DNA of 64,000 nucleotides, from the NCBI GenBank assembly GCA_030141605.1, contig JAQGDQ010000729.1, positions 42,588 through 106,587 of the forward strand. Reading direction: 5' to 3'. The position numbers and the translations under genes are program-made. This stretch comes from Tubiluchus corallicola. Lineage: Eukaryota; Animalia; Priapulida. Shown here piece by piece: positions 22,792-37,060 of the stretch. Numbering within the stretch: position 1 is the stretch's first letter; every line of letters begins with the position of its first letter. The notes below the pieces were generated by a model, which saw nothing but the letters and a program-made list of their open reading frames with translations, ran no database searches and was not told the DNA's origin.

Positions 22792-22890
22792 GCAGACAGA
22801 GATGTACACTGAGAGATGCAGACTGAGGAGTGCAGAAGGAGATACAGAGGGTGAAAGGGGCAGGAGAAAGGAAGCGGAAGAGGTGAGGCA
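22340..22890. repeat. GA-rich low-complexity tract
   Basis: Degenerate (GA)n/(GGA)n/(GACA)n; source of spurious ORFs 22319-22951. Confidence 0.95.
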
Positions 22891-22959
22891 AATGGGGATT
22901 AATAATGGGGTAATCATTATAAAAAAATGTTGAATTCAGTTGACAATACAAGTCTTAAC

Positions 22960-23070
22960 GCGTGCACAAAATCTATTCTAAGCAAGAGTATAACAGTTAA
23001 TGCATTTACAGTTTTTCAAGCACAAGAGGAAATTGCTAAGCTTTCCTTACACAAATTAGCTGGTCCAGAT
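22960..23070 (+). pseudogene. Short LINE ORF2 fragment (region just before RT)
   Basis: FTVFQAQEEIAKLSLHKLAGPDGL resembles the EV..AI..LK..KAPGPDG motif. Confidence 0.55.
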
Positions 23071-24505
23071 GGACTTAAAGGTGAACGTTTTTGTAATGCA
23101 TCTGCCTTTGAGATGCTCTGCCACAGTTGAGTATGAGAAAGTTATCTTAGATGATTAACCTTGATAATGACCTAGAACATGGTCCTGCCACGAGCACTTG
23201 TGCAGTCTCCCTCGCTCTGCACAAAGTGCAACAACAACATCGACAATCAAGTCTAAAAATTACAGTAAAGTAATCCCATTCTGCTAACAGTTGGTTAGAC
23301 TACTTACCTATTTATCGGTTATTTCCGCCTGGTGGAGCAGTGGTTTCTTTTACACCAATCTGGCTTCAATTGCCTGGACTTTGCTCGACTCACTGCTGCT
23401 GCTGCTGCTGTGTTTACTTGCCTCGTTAGTTTAGTAATCATCTCAAAACTTAGGGTTGCTAAAACGCACAGCAGTTGGTGTTTAATCGATTATTGACTGA
23501 TTGATCCAGTTTGATCAGGGCTGCATCAAATTAGCTCCTCCTGGCGATTAAACACTCTAGAAAAATTTTGATGTGTGTGCAAAACCTGAAAGATTAGAGC
23601 TTGCGTTCACAACAGGTAAGTTTAAAGTACAATAACTTCTGTTAATTTCCTAATAATTTTAGTTGGTGGAGGCACTAGTAGTGCACGTAAGCTTAGTTAG
23701 TGTAGTAATACGTTATGCGTAACGCAGTGACATCTACTGAGAAGAAAAGAAGTATTATAAACGGGAGGAATACTGTTTTCTTGCTTTGTACATAAATTAT
23801 ATCTGAATTCTTCGCTGGTTTATTGGCTTCTGGTCTTGCTAAATTGAGATAGTTAGAATTGAGATGTAAGCGCATAGCAGGTTCGAGTCCTAGGAGTGAC
23901 AGACTTTTCATGCTTCTTATTTGCTTCACTTAAATGCAGTTTCGGCTTACCACGTTGCAGGCGGAAACTAATTTCAGTTCAGGCAAAATTAGTAATTAAA
24001 ACGGCAGCAGAAACGACTTAATTATGTGTATTATGTCTTTAGGAAGAATAAAATTGATTTTATCTGTTTAATTATCTATAACGGTGATGTTTAATTTTCA
24101 TTTAATAGAATAAACGTTAATTTAATACATAAACTTTATTTAATTTAAGTGGATTGAAAGAGTTAATTTAAGCTTCTATGAACTGGAAAAAACGGGGCAA
24201 AAATTTCAAAAAAAAGAACAAAGTTTATCTACTTAATTATCTATGCCGGTAAACAATGTTTATTTTCTGAATGAAACGTTTATTAAATCACCAAAGAAGC
24301 ATAAAAAACTGAGCAAAAAGTTGCAAAAATAATATGTGTTGATTGTATTCCATATAGCGAATTAACACGGATTTAACGCAGAAACTACATTATTAAAATA
24401 AGTTTTTTTTTACGAAATAAAATATTCTTTACTAAGTTCAACAAAAATATAGATCTATGTAGCTCTAAGTATATCGTTTTAGGTCTATATAGATTTACTT
24501 ATGAC

Positions 24506-24862
24506 CAGGGACGTGTCTACACTTTACGATGCCCTAGGATCCGCCCATCTCTATTGTGAATTTAGGATTGTTTACGTAATGAGAGGATTAAACAATTACT
24601 TGTGGTGTATTAGAAACACTCTTAACCTAGTTTCTACGTGGTCATTATTAATTACGTGTATTTGCACAGCGTTTACATTCAAGCGTTGCACCTGTCTCAT
24701 TCAGTAACTGCCTGTGGTGCGCTATAAAACGCGCTCTTTACATAAATATGAAAGTATAAACATTTTTCGAGGAGAATAAGACTGTTTTCTAAAATGTGAC
24801 GCCCTCCAAACTTTGGCGCCCTAGGCTATAGCTTAGTTAGCCTATTGGTTAATACGCACCTG
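24506..24862. mobile_element. hAT-like MITE family V (CAGGGGCG-type ends)
   Basis: TSD CTTATGAC/CTTATAAT (6/8); further copies at about 7180-7411, 39735-40129, 49545-49955 and inverted at 53063-53447, sharing CCTAGGCTATAGCC..CCTATTGGTTAATACGCCCCTG-like ends. Confidence 0.82.
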
Positions 24863-24915
24863 CTTATAATGTATATGACGAAATTATAACAATGTCCGTT
24901 CAATGCATCAGAGTC

Positions 24916-24950
<35 letters not shown>

Positions 24951-25190
24951 TCAGCTTTTGAGTGAACAATTAACATAAGCTCAAAGAGCTATTATCGCCG
25001 ACTGTAAATAACAAACTACAACTACATAACAAAGACTATTATTACCCCACTTTTACCCTAAATACCACGCGCGAGGCAGGGTAACAGCAGGTACCAATTT
25101 TTTAAGAGTTTAATATCACCCGGCCACAATATCGAACTCACGATCTCCTAGACGAAAGCGGACGCTCGTTGCCATTAGACTAAACCGTCT
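24916..25190 (-). mobile_element. tRNA-derived SINE with (TTA)n tail
   Basis: Minus: TAGTCTAATGG (box A), GAGTTCGATAT (box B), central AAAAAATTGGTACCTGCTGTTACCCTGC (recalled as Meta-domain-like), microsatellite tail 24916-24950. Confidence 0.65.
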
Positions 25191-25675
25191 GATCACTCTA
25201 TACAGCAAGTCTCTGTTTTTACGTAAATAGCATTGCGTGTTTTTTTGGAATGTTGTTAGATTAAAACCAATATTTCGGCTTTTGTTTTTATGTTAAACGT
25301 TAAACAGGCAAAAACCCAAATGACGCGCAAAACACAAATTGGTGGGCAATTTCGTAATGAAGACATGAACTTGTTACGAATTAAATGAGTTTTTTTCAGT
25401 TTCTACATTGAGGCTTTTACTGGATATTTTGTAGTCAAGTTCTCAAATTCAATTCAAATCAAATTTTTGTTTCGGTAACTAAATTACAAATACAGTACTA
25501 AAATGAAATAAAAATTACAAGAGTAAATATATACACAGGGCTAGTAAATTAAAAGCTAAATAAATTTTAGAGGCCAATTATGTAATAAATCGTTCCATTT
25601 TACAAAAAAGCAAGAACTGATCAGTTTATGTAAGTCTGTATTTTAGGTTCATTGTAGTTTTAATTACATGTAGCA

Positions 25676-26108
25676 GTTATAATACTATTGCCAGTGTACA
25701 CTAGTAAGTTAATAATATTGGTTATAATACTATTGCTAGTGAACACTAGTAAGTTAATAATATCGGTTATAATACTATTGCTAGTGTACAGTAGTAAGTT
25801 AATAATATCGGTTATAATACTATTGCTAGTGTACACTAGTAAGTTAATAATATTGGTTATAATACTATTGCTAGTGAACACTAGTAAGTTAATAATATCG
25901 GTTATAATACTATTGCTAGTGTACAGTAGTAAGTTAATAATATCGGTTATAATACTATTGCTAGTGTACAGTAGTAAGTTAATAATATCGGTTATAATAC
26001 TATTGCCAGTGTACACTAGTAAGTTAATAATATCGGTTATAATACTATTGCTAGTGTACACTAGTAAGTTAATAATATTGGTTATAATACTATTGCCAGT
26101 GTACAGTA
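25676..26108. repeat. 45-bp minisatellite, about 9.6 copies
   Basis: Unit GTTATAATACTATTGCTAGTGTACACTAGTAAGTTAATAATATCG. Confidence 0.97.
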
Positions 26109-27219
26109 TTAACCTTTTCGAACGCTAAAACATGATCTTCTGCAAGTGATTAAAATGTGGTAGAGATAGGTTTATACGCATATGCCTCCATATATTTATA
26201 TTACATGGAGACAGTGCTATGGTAGACAAAAGATGTATTTTCCAGGAAAGCACATTTATTTAACCTAACCAGGGGTCACCGCTTGAAGTTACAGCCCTGT
26301 CATTGCCGATTTGATTGTTTTGAAAACTTTTTTCTCAGACAGAATAATTACAATCTGGAATCAACTTCCCATTCAGCGCGTCAATATTTTACCAATGTTG
26401 TGACAATATTTTTGCAAATGGAAATACCTATGGAAATGTGGATTTGCCTCAACAATGTTCTATCAATATGCGTGAATCATGTGTCTCGAATATTGGACGA
26501 CAACATTGGTCCAATATGGAACTAGTATTACACATAAATACCCTATACTGTAGGGTAACAATATTTTTGGAATTATATTTTTTTGCCAAGATCATGGCTG
26601 TACGGTGACAATTTTGTGTGCTGTTACAACCCACTCACTGCCGACTTGATTGTTTTAAACACTTTTTCTCAAACTGAATAATTAGAATCTGGAATCACCC
26701 CCCCCCCCCGAGTCTGTTGACGGTGCCCATTAGTCTGTGCTCAGCGTAGCAAACTTTTCTAAAGACGTTTAAAAGATGTAAATCTTAATAATCATTTAAT
26801 TTTAACAGGCATATGTAAGTAGCTTGGCTTTTTGTGCTTTTAACCGTATTCATTTAATTAGCCATTTTTATCTGTAAAGTTTATATCTGTGCTGTATATA
26901 CGTTTTGTCCTGGTTTCATATTTCATGCTTCCTTGTAAATATTTTACATTTTTTAAAATAAAAATTCTATATTAGATTGTTTAAATTCTTCAATAAATAT
27001 ATAGCCAATTACTCGTTGAAAACAACGACATCTTGCATATTCGAGCAATTGTTCATCGCACCATGCACTTGACAGACAGGGGCCTAGTTTAAATCTGCAG
27101 CAAATTTTCCACGTGTTTTCATAAGCTCGCGCAAATTCACAGAGCCCCCATTTCTTTAGAAGTTAATCTTTAAAAGATTTCTGAATTGACTTGAGAGCAA
27201 GGGAAAGAGAGAGATGTGC

Positions 27220-27750
27220 GGAGCCGTGAAAAACGTATTTGTTGGCCAATTAATGTTCTGAGCAAAACGGTTTATTATGCGTTCCGATTTGTCAATTAAT
27301 CCCGGTTTGAGCAAGTAGTGGAGAATCTTGTGTAGAGCCGTGAAACAACGTGTTTGTTGGCCATTTAACGTTCTGAGCAAAACGGTTTATTGTGCGATCG
27401 GTCAGTTAATCTCGGTTTGAGCAAGTAGAAGAGAATGTTGTGTGGAGCCATGAAAAACGTGTTTGTTGGTCAATTAACGTTCTGAGCAAAACGGTTTATT
27501 ATGCGTTCCGATCAATCAATTAATATCGGTTTGAGCAAGTAGAGCAGAACGTTGTGTGGAGCCGTGAAAAACGTGTTTGTTGGTCAATTAACGTTCTGAG
27601 CAAAACGGTTTATTATGCGTTCCGATCAATCAATTAATCTCGGTTTGAGCAAGTAGAGCAGAACGTTGTGTGGAGCCGTGAAAAACGTGTTTGTTGGCCA
27701 ATTAACGTGGTGAACAAAGCGGTTTATCATGTTTTCCGTTCGGTCAGTTA
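27220..27750. repeat. 114-bp tandem repeat, about 4.7 copies
   Basis: Unit starts GGAGCCGTGAAAAACGTGTTTGTTGG at 27220, 27334, 27444, 27558, 27672. Confidence 0.95.
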
Positions 27751-28388
27751 ATAAACTGGTGTTTAACATAAAAGGGTTAAATACTTGAGTCTGTTCACGC
27801 TGAATCCCTAAGCTTGTGCGAGCTAAAACTGACTAGCTGAGTAGCTTGAGTACAATCAAGAGTTTTGCAAGGTCTTATAGAAGAACTGCGCGTTCTTAAT
27901 ATTGGATCTCAGAAGAACTCAGCAAAAAGTGTAAAACCTTGTCAGGGAAAATCAGCAAACAAAAAAAGCTTTGAATCGTTTCTCGTCGATTGAAAAGGAA
28001 GGTCAAACAAAGTTGGAATAAAGGCGCTGTACTTGCCAATAATTGATAAAAACATCTTTAAGCTGCCCAAAATGCTGTCATGACGTTGGTAAGAGCGTCA
28101 AATTTTGTAAGGGACTTTATTGACACGGCAAACGCTGCCTTGTACAACCAATAAGGATATTCTGATGTCGTATGCGTTTTAAAGAAAGAAAAGAGTACGA
28201 TTTGTACTGTAAAAAAAGCTGTATATAAAGAAAGAGCACATAATTATCTCTGTACATTTATTGTGCAAGTATGTATACACTACACAGGAAACTTGTCTTA
28301 TTGCATCATTAACCCTGTAACTGTTTAATGAACAGGCCTGGTATAAAGTCCAAGGTAGGAAATAACTCGTTGGGAAAAACGTGGCGGC

Positions 28389-28742
28389 TGTGATAGTTGA
28401 CGGAGCAGGTTTTTCCCCACGTTTAGAGGTAAAGCTATCTCTAAACTTAATATGTACTAACTGCAGTTAAAGGGAAGTTAGTTTTCCCTCACGTAAAGGA
28501 GCAGGTTTTCCCTCATGTAAAGACACTAAGTGTGTGGGGAGTAAAGAATCCCATGATGATATATTGAATAGTTAATTTCGTGACGTTGACTAACACTATT
28601 TTGTTTTATTAACATGTCATGTTGTGAAGTTATTGTGTTGTTATGTTATATAGTTATATATAAAGTGATAATGTAAATAAGTACATCATGGTGCTTTAAC
28701 TCACTTGTTTATTGCTTTCATTTACAATTTATACAGGTGACA
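28389..28742. mobile_element. Candidate solo LTR (354 bp)
   Basis: TGTGA...TGACA ends flanked by a 4-bp CGGC duplication (28385-28388, 28743-28746); internal short repeats GGAGCAGGTTTT; AT-rich right part with polyA-like signals. Confidence 0.5.
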
Positions 28743-29724
28743 CGGCAATGGACATCAAACACTAATAATAAACCTTTCGAGAACAAACATTAGATAAAAA
28801 ATTTAGTTTAATACATCGACTCTCCCACCTTTTCTGAGCTAAACACGAAATAAGCGACATCTAGGAGCCAAAATAAATTTCCCGTTCTTGACCTGATGCC
28901 AGATTTTATTCTTGTTCTCGACAAATATCAGTAAAAAGCGCTTAACTGAGACTTTGTTGTAAGAGTAGGTTGTTTTGGTAGATTTTCCAGCTTACAAGCA
29001 CTTTATGCCCTAGAGCGATCTCCAAAACTGCACATAAAAACTCCTTGTCGCCATTTTCCTGTTGCTATGTGTCGTTAAACAGTATATTTTTTGTTTCTTA
29101 TTTTTCCTGCCATGGTCCGTATTGGACAAAATGGACGAGAAACGCGTTCTTACTTTGATAATCTCTACACCATTCTGAAAATTTTATCGGCAGCTATTAC
29201 AACAGTTGAGCAATCTAGCTATAGTTATTAAAATACTGTAATTTGTAGTGTAATCTTGCATTAGTTGCATCAGTAGTGCATTAAATATTAGATATTACCA
29301 CAACACAAGTACTACATTAACAAGTGTCAATATTTTAACACAATTTTCGTAACACTGCAAAATGGCTAACTTGGTTTATATCATCGAACCTGGCGCATTA
29401 TCACCATTAGCATCAATTCATTATTATTGTCATCACCATCACCATTGTCGTCAGCATTAATATCATCATCGTTGTCAGCATCATCATCATCATCATCAAC
29501 ATCGTCATTATCCTTTTCTCGCATCTGTTTGCTTCGCACCTTGTAACGTATTTTTAGTTGTTGTTTATGTCATTAATTAAGTCTTATCCAAGTTGAGCAT
29601 AGCTTATAGGTTAATTTCTTCTGCTGCGCTCAAAGCACTGTAATGTATTGTTAATTAGTAATGGTATAACTTTTATTTTTGCATGTGCTAAATGGATGAA
29701 TAAATAAATTTAAATTTAAGTCTA

Positions 29725-30125
29725 ATTTAGCATTAGCTGTTACAACACAAGTGTAACTTAGCGTTAGTTACTACAACACAAGTGTAACTTAACATTTGTT
29801 GTTACAACAAAAGTGTAATTTAGCATTAGCTGTTACAACACAAGTGTAACTTAACATTAGTTATTACAACACAAGTGTAACTTAACATTAGTTATTACAA
29901 CACAAGTGTAACTTAACATTAGTTATTACAACACAAGTGTAACCTAGCATTAGTTATTACAACACAAGTGTAATTTGGCATTAGCTATTATAACAAAAGT
30001 GTAATTTAGCATTAGCTGTTACAACACAAGTGTAACTTAACATTAGTTATTACAACACAAGTGTAACTTAGCATTAGTTATTACAACACAAGTGTACTTA
30101 GCATTAGTTATTACAACACAGTGCA
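29725..30125. repeat. 31-bp minisatellite, about 13 copies
   Basis: Unit TTAGCATTAGTTATTACAACACAAGTGTAAC. Confidence 0.96.
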
Positions 30126-30714
30126 ACTATTGATATTTTGGTTATGTTCATACTTCGGAAGACACGTGAAAGAACATATGTGATTTTTTACATCAAGATG
30201 CAAAGAAATTACTATTGATTGAGAGAACCGTGACGGCTATAAAAAAAACTTGTTTTTGCAACAGTATCTGTCTTCTTCTTTAGTGTGCCATTTTTTATAG
30301 GCTACAGAAGCAACATAGAGCACCGGAAGACACCCAATACTCATAGTAGCATACTAGAAATACCATGCACAGCTGCAAACTTTAAACTAAAATTTTGCAT
30401 TACAGATTCTGGGAGATGGTGTGTCGTGTACATTAGACGCTTCTCCACAACCCAAGATCAGCACCAGTTAGTACCGGCGGCACGTCTGGGTACTGCAGAA
30501 TTTCTGCTGATAAATATAAGCTGCGACAGTGAGATAAAAACAAACAATTCCCCCAATGTTGTTCTAGTTGAGTGAATGATGGAAGTGAATTGAAAACTTC
30601 GTAAGCTGTGGAGTTACAGAGTTACCTAAAATTTCGTCTTGAAGTTGCCAGATCTTTTGGCGAAATCCTGGAAGAATTTTAGTGCAGTGAAAGGAAGTGG
30701 GAAGTTACAAGAAG

Positions 30715-30788
30715 ATGGCAGAAACAAGTGAACATGCAGAAAGCAGTGGACCACCCGCTGTGCAGGTGGAGTTGACTGTCTCGTGCAA
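30715..30788 (+). CDS. Probable copine (CPNE5/8/9-like, C2-domain protein) first coding exon
   Basis: AAGATGG start with upstream in-frame TGA; MAETSEHAESSGPPAVQVELTVSC+AA|GTAAGT (74 nt, phase 2), resembling recalled CPNE8 PATRVEVSVSCR, which I recall is also followed by a phase-2 intron. The expected NLLD..SKSDP exon was not found in the window. Confidence 0.65.
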
Positions 30789-31842
30789 GTAAGTGTATAG
30801 GGAGTGTAATATATGTATACCACTAGGGTGTCAAAATACGGCAATAACAGCAACTTTATGCGATGTAAGCTTGTCATTTTGTTACAATTTTTGACAGTGC
30901 TACCTACAGCAACACAGTATATCTGCTTCGAAGTGTGGCGCCATCTATCTACATCGTTTAAAGTTCAAGGTTATGAATACAGCAACGGCTTTAAAAGGAT
31001 TATAAAAGTAGTTGTATTCGTTGCCCTTTGAACATTTTTTGCTAAACCACTGCAACTATAACGATGCTCGGCATCGGAGACTTTTGTCTTTAGAAAAGAA
31101 AGTGAGTGGTTGAAAATGATTAGTTGAATTCACTCGTTCAATTCACGCTAAGTATGAATTTAATCGTGTAGAAACCTTTGTAGCTGACTGCATAGAAGGA
31201 ACCAATTGTAGAAACTTTTAGCTGACAGCTTAGAAGCATTGAATTTGTAGAGAGCTTGAAGTATATTAGGCTGAAGTTAGTGTAGACTGGTTCACCCTGG
31301 GTGTGGAAACAAAGAATATGAAATTCTGTTGAACTGTGAAAGACTTTATTTCTATTTGCATATTACACTATTATGTACAAGAAAGAAGACACTGATGTGC
31401 ATTCAACAGCAAAGCTCAAGAACGAAAAAACACCAGCTAGCTTTAGTAGAGCTACCCAAGTCACATGCACCCACTGAGCTTACCTGACTGGCTAGTAAAA
31501 AAGACTAGCAATCAACGCTACCATATATGGGAAGCCCAGCAGGTATAGGTGACTGAGCAGCACCGACCAAAGACCACAACCTGGATTAAACTTGACTAAG
31601 TTCAATAATAAATAATTTAAAATGTTGATGACAGCACATATTAAATATTATTGTAGTACTTTAAATTAAGCGTAAATGAAATGTGCGACAAATCGACTTG
31701 TTCTGTAGTAACAAACAAAGTTCGATATTATTGTGTTGATTTTCGCGCAGTTACTTTGTAAAAATAGGAGTAGAGTTTAGACGTGTTACATGAAGGGAAG
31801 CTGTTTTGCTTTCTCTAATGAAGGCGAAAACGAAATCCAGAT

Positions 31843-32362
31843 CAGTGGCGGCTCGTAGCTAAAACTACTGGGGGTGCTGCTTCAGAAAATTTTTAGCTAT
31901 TGTTTTAATACTGTGTAAAATGAAAATAACATATTTGTGTACATTTAATGTTGTAATTTTAAACAAACAAACACACGCAAGTTTATGCATAAACTTAATA
32001 AAATCCTAAACAAAAAATATTTTTTGCTTGCTAATAGCCTAAATTGTCGCGGTTCAAGCTTGATCCATTCGCGGTAAGCACGTGAAAACTTAAAACAGAC
32101 TGTGTGAGTGACAGTACTTTCTCTCCTTGGGCTCAGCCATGTGCGCATGGCCGCATACGCACAACAGCCAAGCACTGCATTACTAGAGCGCACTGTGCTG
32201 AGCTGTGAAGCAAACAGTACTACCCTCAAGTGCTCTGGTCCTGCACAAGCATAAAAGAAAGAACTAAAGGAAAAATACTTATTATATTGAATATTATCGG
32301 TAATACTGAATGAAAATAGGGGGTGTTGCAGTACCACATTACTTATACACGAGCCGCCACTG
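31843..32362. mobile_element. hAT-like MITE family Z (520 bp)
   Basis: Perfect 14-bp TIR CAGTGGCGGCTCGT/ACGAGCCGCCACTG; TSD ATCCAGAT/ATCCAAAC (6/8). Confidence 0.9.
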
Positions 32363-32559
32363 ATCCAAACATCAACAGGGAAGCAGCTTCATGCAATGGA
32401 TTGTGGTCCGGCAGGTCCCTCAGTCAGGCAAGACCACCCCCAGAGTGCCTTCGCGTCTTCTTTAGTTTTGCCTCATGTTTCTTTACACTAACAGAATCTA
32501 ACCAGCATCTTTTGCATTTCATTATGCCATTCGGAATCCTGCAAGCCTATATGCTTCTA

Positions 32560-32740
32560 GGATGAGCCACTGAACGGGCAGATGTGTCGAGGCACGTTCT
32601 GATGTGTATATAACCTTTCTTGAAGAGGTGAACAGGCAGAATCGGCATGGCGAACGAAACCGTACAGAAAGCGTATCGAACTCAGGCGGTCATGAACCAT
32701 TCACATGAAGCATAAACGTGAGACGACTCGGCCATGAACC
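32560..32740 (-). mobile_element. Decayed tRNA-derived SINE
   Basis: Minus: TGGCCGAGTCG (box A), GAGTTCGATAC (box B), then GCCGATTCTGCCTGTTCACCT (weakly Nin/Deu-domain-like). Confidence 0.45.
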
Positions 32741-33582
32741 CGCCATATTACTAGTTGACAGTTACTGCTCTGACTATGTCCTTTTTCTATGCTGATTCTA
32801 TAAGTTTTTACTTTTGCTGCACGTTTAACTTACTAAAAGTTGTCTGCAAAAATTTCTGCCACGCTTCTGAATTGCTTTTGCTTCCTTTTGTGCCCCAGGC
32901 TGCCTATTTTTATGATGTTTAGGTCTTGGGCCTAGCATATTTGCCCCACTTCTATTCACATGCTATCTCTGCATTAGTTTTGACCCACCTAAATTCTTTT
33001 CGCTCCATTTCTACCACGAACGGTTTTTTTGGTTTCTTTTAGTTTAGGCGGTTGTGTTTGGGATGAGGATGGATTTTGGGAGGATGGTAAACGGTGAACA
33101 GCACATTTGAGAGGCTTAGAATATGAGCAAGCAAGGACATCTTACCTCGTGTTTTCTCTACAGAATAGCAAGTTTTCTCTCTAACAGCAAACTCGTCAAC
33201 TGTGAACTGCTTTGCGAGTTACTTCCAGCAGAAATTGTATACTTCTCCCTTGCGAACCCTGTTTCTTGTAATCTGTATAAAGCCAGAATCAGTAGTATGT
33301 TCGCCTTGTAAGCTGATTAAGCTATTTGTAGGTAATCCTCAGTATCATCTCTGACCACTTGGGACTATTTTCAGCGTGAAATGTTTATAACTGCATAGAT
33401 TTCGTTTGTGCTGGTCTGCAAAAATTTCTGGCAAGCGCGGAAATCTTGCACATGACAAAAATTCTGACGCAGAATGCACGTTTGCGATGAGATAGGAGTA
33501 CAATTAATTACCTTTTATTGAAATTTCATAAAATATCATGATCATCATCGTTGAGTTATTAAGCGAAATGTTTGCTTGGAAT

Positions 33583-33703
<121 letters not shown>

Positions 33704-34794
33704 TTGCCATCTTAATGATTTTTAAAGAATTTACTTGTAAAATTCGACTGATTCATTGCTGGTAGGTGTGAAAGAAGCTTTATTAAGTTTGGCTTTTTAT
33801 ACTGATTTGTAGATGAAGAAACGAGCACTATACATACAACTACTATTCTATCAGCCACTAATGCTACCATCCAACAATAACCAATAATGCGCGCACATTC
33901 CACATAGTGGACTTAAAGATGGGAAGCTGTCAGACACTATAAAGTGGGAGGCCTACTTTCCAAAGGCTGAACTTTGTAGCGCTACTCAATGAGAAATTCT
34001 ATCAATATGACGAATGCGAACCTTACTGTAACTGTATGTCTTGCGCAGTAGTCACTGTTTTTATGTTGTTGTGTGCATTACGCAACTGTTATTCCTCACA
34101 CCCCTAAAGATTATTTTTTGGGAAAAATAAATAAAAAATCTGAAGATAAAACATGGTGAAACAATGTGAAGGACTGTTTTCGGTAAATTGCCAATCATAG
34201 CCGCACACAACAACGAATTAGTTCATTTCTTTTTTGGTATAATCTTTAGGAAAAATTACGAACGAATCCAGGCTTTTTTAGTTGTGAAAGGGGAAGAAAA
34301 TGGATTTGGAACATACAAAGTTGTATTACGTAACATTACGCTTACCTGTCTAAAAGACTTATGTAACTGGAAAAAAGAATAAATTCCTAATAATTTAAAA
34401 TGTTCTCGCCACCTGGTAAAATGCCAGTTTCACTATCCCAGTGTGCACCACTCATTCACCAAAAAAGCAACACAATTTTTATCTTATTCACGATATAAAG
34501 TAATTCTTACTTTTGCTTTGATAGTGAACTGTGTGCTGTGAATGCTCTGATTATTTTTCAAACTTTACGTAATGTCATCTAAACTTGTTTTAAATGACAC
34601 TGTTAAAATGTCTGTTAAACGTTTAAATTTACGAGTTTTATGCAGCGTTACTGCCAACGCATGCTCTGTATGCAATAAAACAGCATGTATGTCATAGAAA
34701 ATTGGGCTTTATTTACGAAGAGCGTTTTCTTGCATTTCAAAGTAAAACCCGCCCCCATCTTAAACTGCAGGTCAAAACAATCTGCCCTTTAAGA

Positions 34795-35342
34795 TATTGA
34801 AAGGAAACATACTATTTTTTCAACAATGACTTACGTGAAAGAATTATTACCACACAAACATAATTTCACGCTCGCGACATTAGTTCTTCGCTGTTACAGT
34901 TGCTGGTTAGACGTGCACTAGTGCCTGCATTTCGGAAACCCATTGCATACACATAGGTGTTGTATCTCTCAGTTCAGATGTGTTAGTTTGTGACGAACTA
35001 CACACATTCGACAGCTCATGCGTGACCACAGCGGTAAATTTTAAATTTGAGTATTTATCTTAAAACTTTCCTAGCTTTACTACAACGCACTTAATCTCTT
35101 ACAGTAGCACTGTTCTTTAATTTTCGCTTTCGCAAACAAGTGCAACACGCTCGTGGAATATTCTTGTTGTTGAAAATTAAGTTAGTTTGTGATTTCATCA
35201 ATAGTTGGGCTCACTCACCGTTAATTAAGTTTTTAATCTATTATTGAATTATCAGAAACGCTTTTACAGTATTAATTTTGTTAAAATGTATACTTTTTAT
35301 TGGACTTGAAAATGGGATAGTATATGAAAAATTGTTGTCTCT
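34795..35342. mobile_element. Dispersed repeat family Y (probable TTAA-type MITE)
   Basis: Homologous to 59215-59613 (ending GTCTTCGT-TTAA), inverted at 47746-48240, end fragment at 46234-46300. Confidence 0.72.
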
Positions 35343-35371
35343 CTCTCCTACCCTCTCTCTTGATGGCTCCT

Positions 35372-35527
<156 letters not shown>

Positions 35528-35863
35528 CTGTCTTCCTTTAAATGTGCTTTCGCATCTGAGGGGTCTTTTCGGAGCGAATGTGTTTTTCATAAGTATCTGC
35601 TGTTGCAGACACAACAACCTTAACCAAACACAGGGCATCTAATTCCTCTTTTATTCCACAGTAGTGACTAACCTCGTAAAGACTGACTTACTGAAAAGAA
35701 ACCGACTTTTTCGACAGCATGTAATCCGGGATTTTGGTTTACGACCAAAAATGGCATTGTGTCTGGAGATTTTAGAAATGGTAATCTGTGCCCTGTGAGT
35801 AGGTTCAGTGGAAGTGCAGGGAGTGGAAGGCGGGAAATGTAAACTGACGTGGTTGTGACAATT

Positions 35864-35972
<109 letters not shown>

Positions 35973-36802
35973 AATCGTTATAAACAGATATAATAATATA
36001 ATATAATATAATATTGTATATTATAATATATATTATTATGACAGGGAATATAACAAAACAAATTACTTATGCAGTGTTAAGCATTGTCATTTTCGAGATA
36101 CCAAAATGTATCTAAGTGAAAATGCCAGTATAACCGAGTATCACAGCAGTTTATTCAATTGCTCATCAGTGAAAATACTTGTCATCAGCTGTTAGTGGAT
36201 CAATCTATTTGTTTGCTAAACATAGTAAATTACATAATGTCTTCTCAACAGAGGAAATGTTTGAGAACTGGAGTGTCCAAGACAGTTTGCTTACACAGTC
36301 AGACTACACAGTTACACAATCAAAAACCTAATTCTAAGACACTGAGGTATTCTTTGATTTGTCATTTAATTAGGCTTTATTACACTTTCGGTATGTTTAG
36401 CGAATGAAGTTAAGAAGACACTGGCTCGCTTACGTAAATGGAGGGGTGAATAAGCATGAAAATGGCTTTCATTTAGCTTCGGTTCTGCCACTTACATGAA
36501 TATAATAAAAACTGCTCGTAGTTCAATTCTGGACGGCGGGGGGTTGATTTCTTATGTATTTGTAAAAATAACCCATTTTTACCACTTATTTATACGTTTT
36601 TATCCATATTACTCGCTTCCATATTACAAGAATGGCGTTTTTGTTGTTTGTTCGTTTGTTTGTATTTCCGTTTTTGCTTTATCTGTTTTTGTCTATTTAT
36701 TAATGGGTGTTTCTTTGCATATTTGTTTGCTTGTTTATTGGTACCATCTTGTCTGCTCGCTGCACATTTCGTCTGGCTTCTTTGTTAGTTCGTTGGTTCA
36801 TT

Positions 36803-37060
<258 letters not shown>

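Noticed and set aside
22319-22951. Long S/L/P- or R/E-rich ORFs (also 35278-35638, 36496-37146, 52373-52738, 53823-54462, 60508-60894, 33504-33710, 40881-41240)
   Set aside because: Translations of microsatellites and low-complexity tracts.
23300-23620. Divergent donor-like sites (minus 23304-23309, plus CAG|GTAAG 23615) as coding exons
   Set aside because: No recognisable peptide; they could be non-coding first exons but this cannot be supported from sequence alone.
25660-26128. Hydrophobic 15-aa repeat proteins on both strands
   Set aside because: Consequence of a stop-free 45-bp unit; no splice or homology support.
35665-35700. NLVKTDLL (and NLVDPF at about 46172) as copine exon 2
   Set aside because: The first is out of phase with the AA| donor; both lack SKSDP, and the second reaches a stop.
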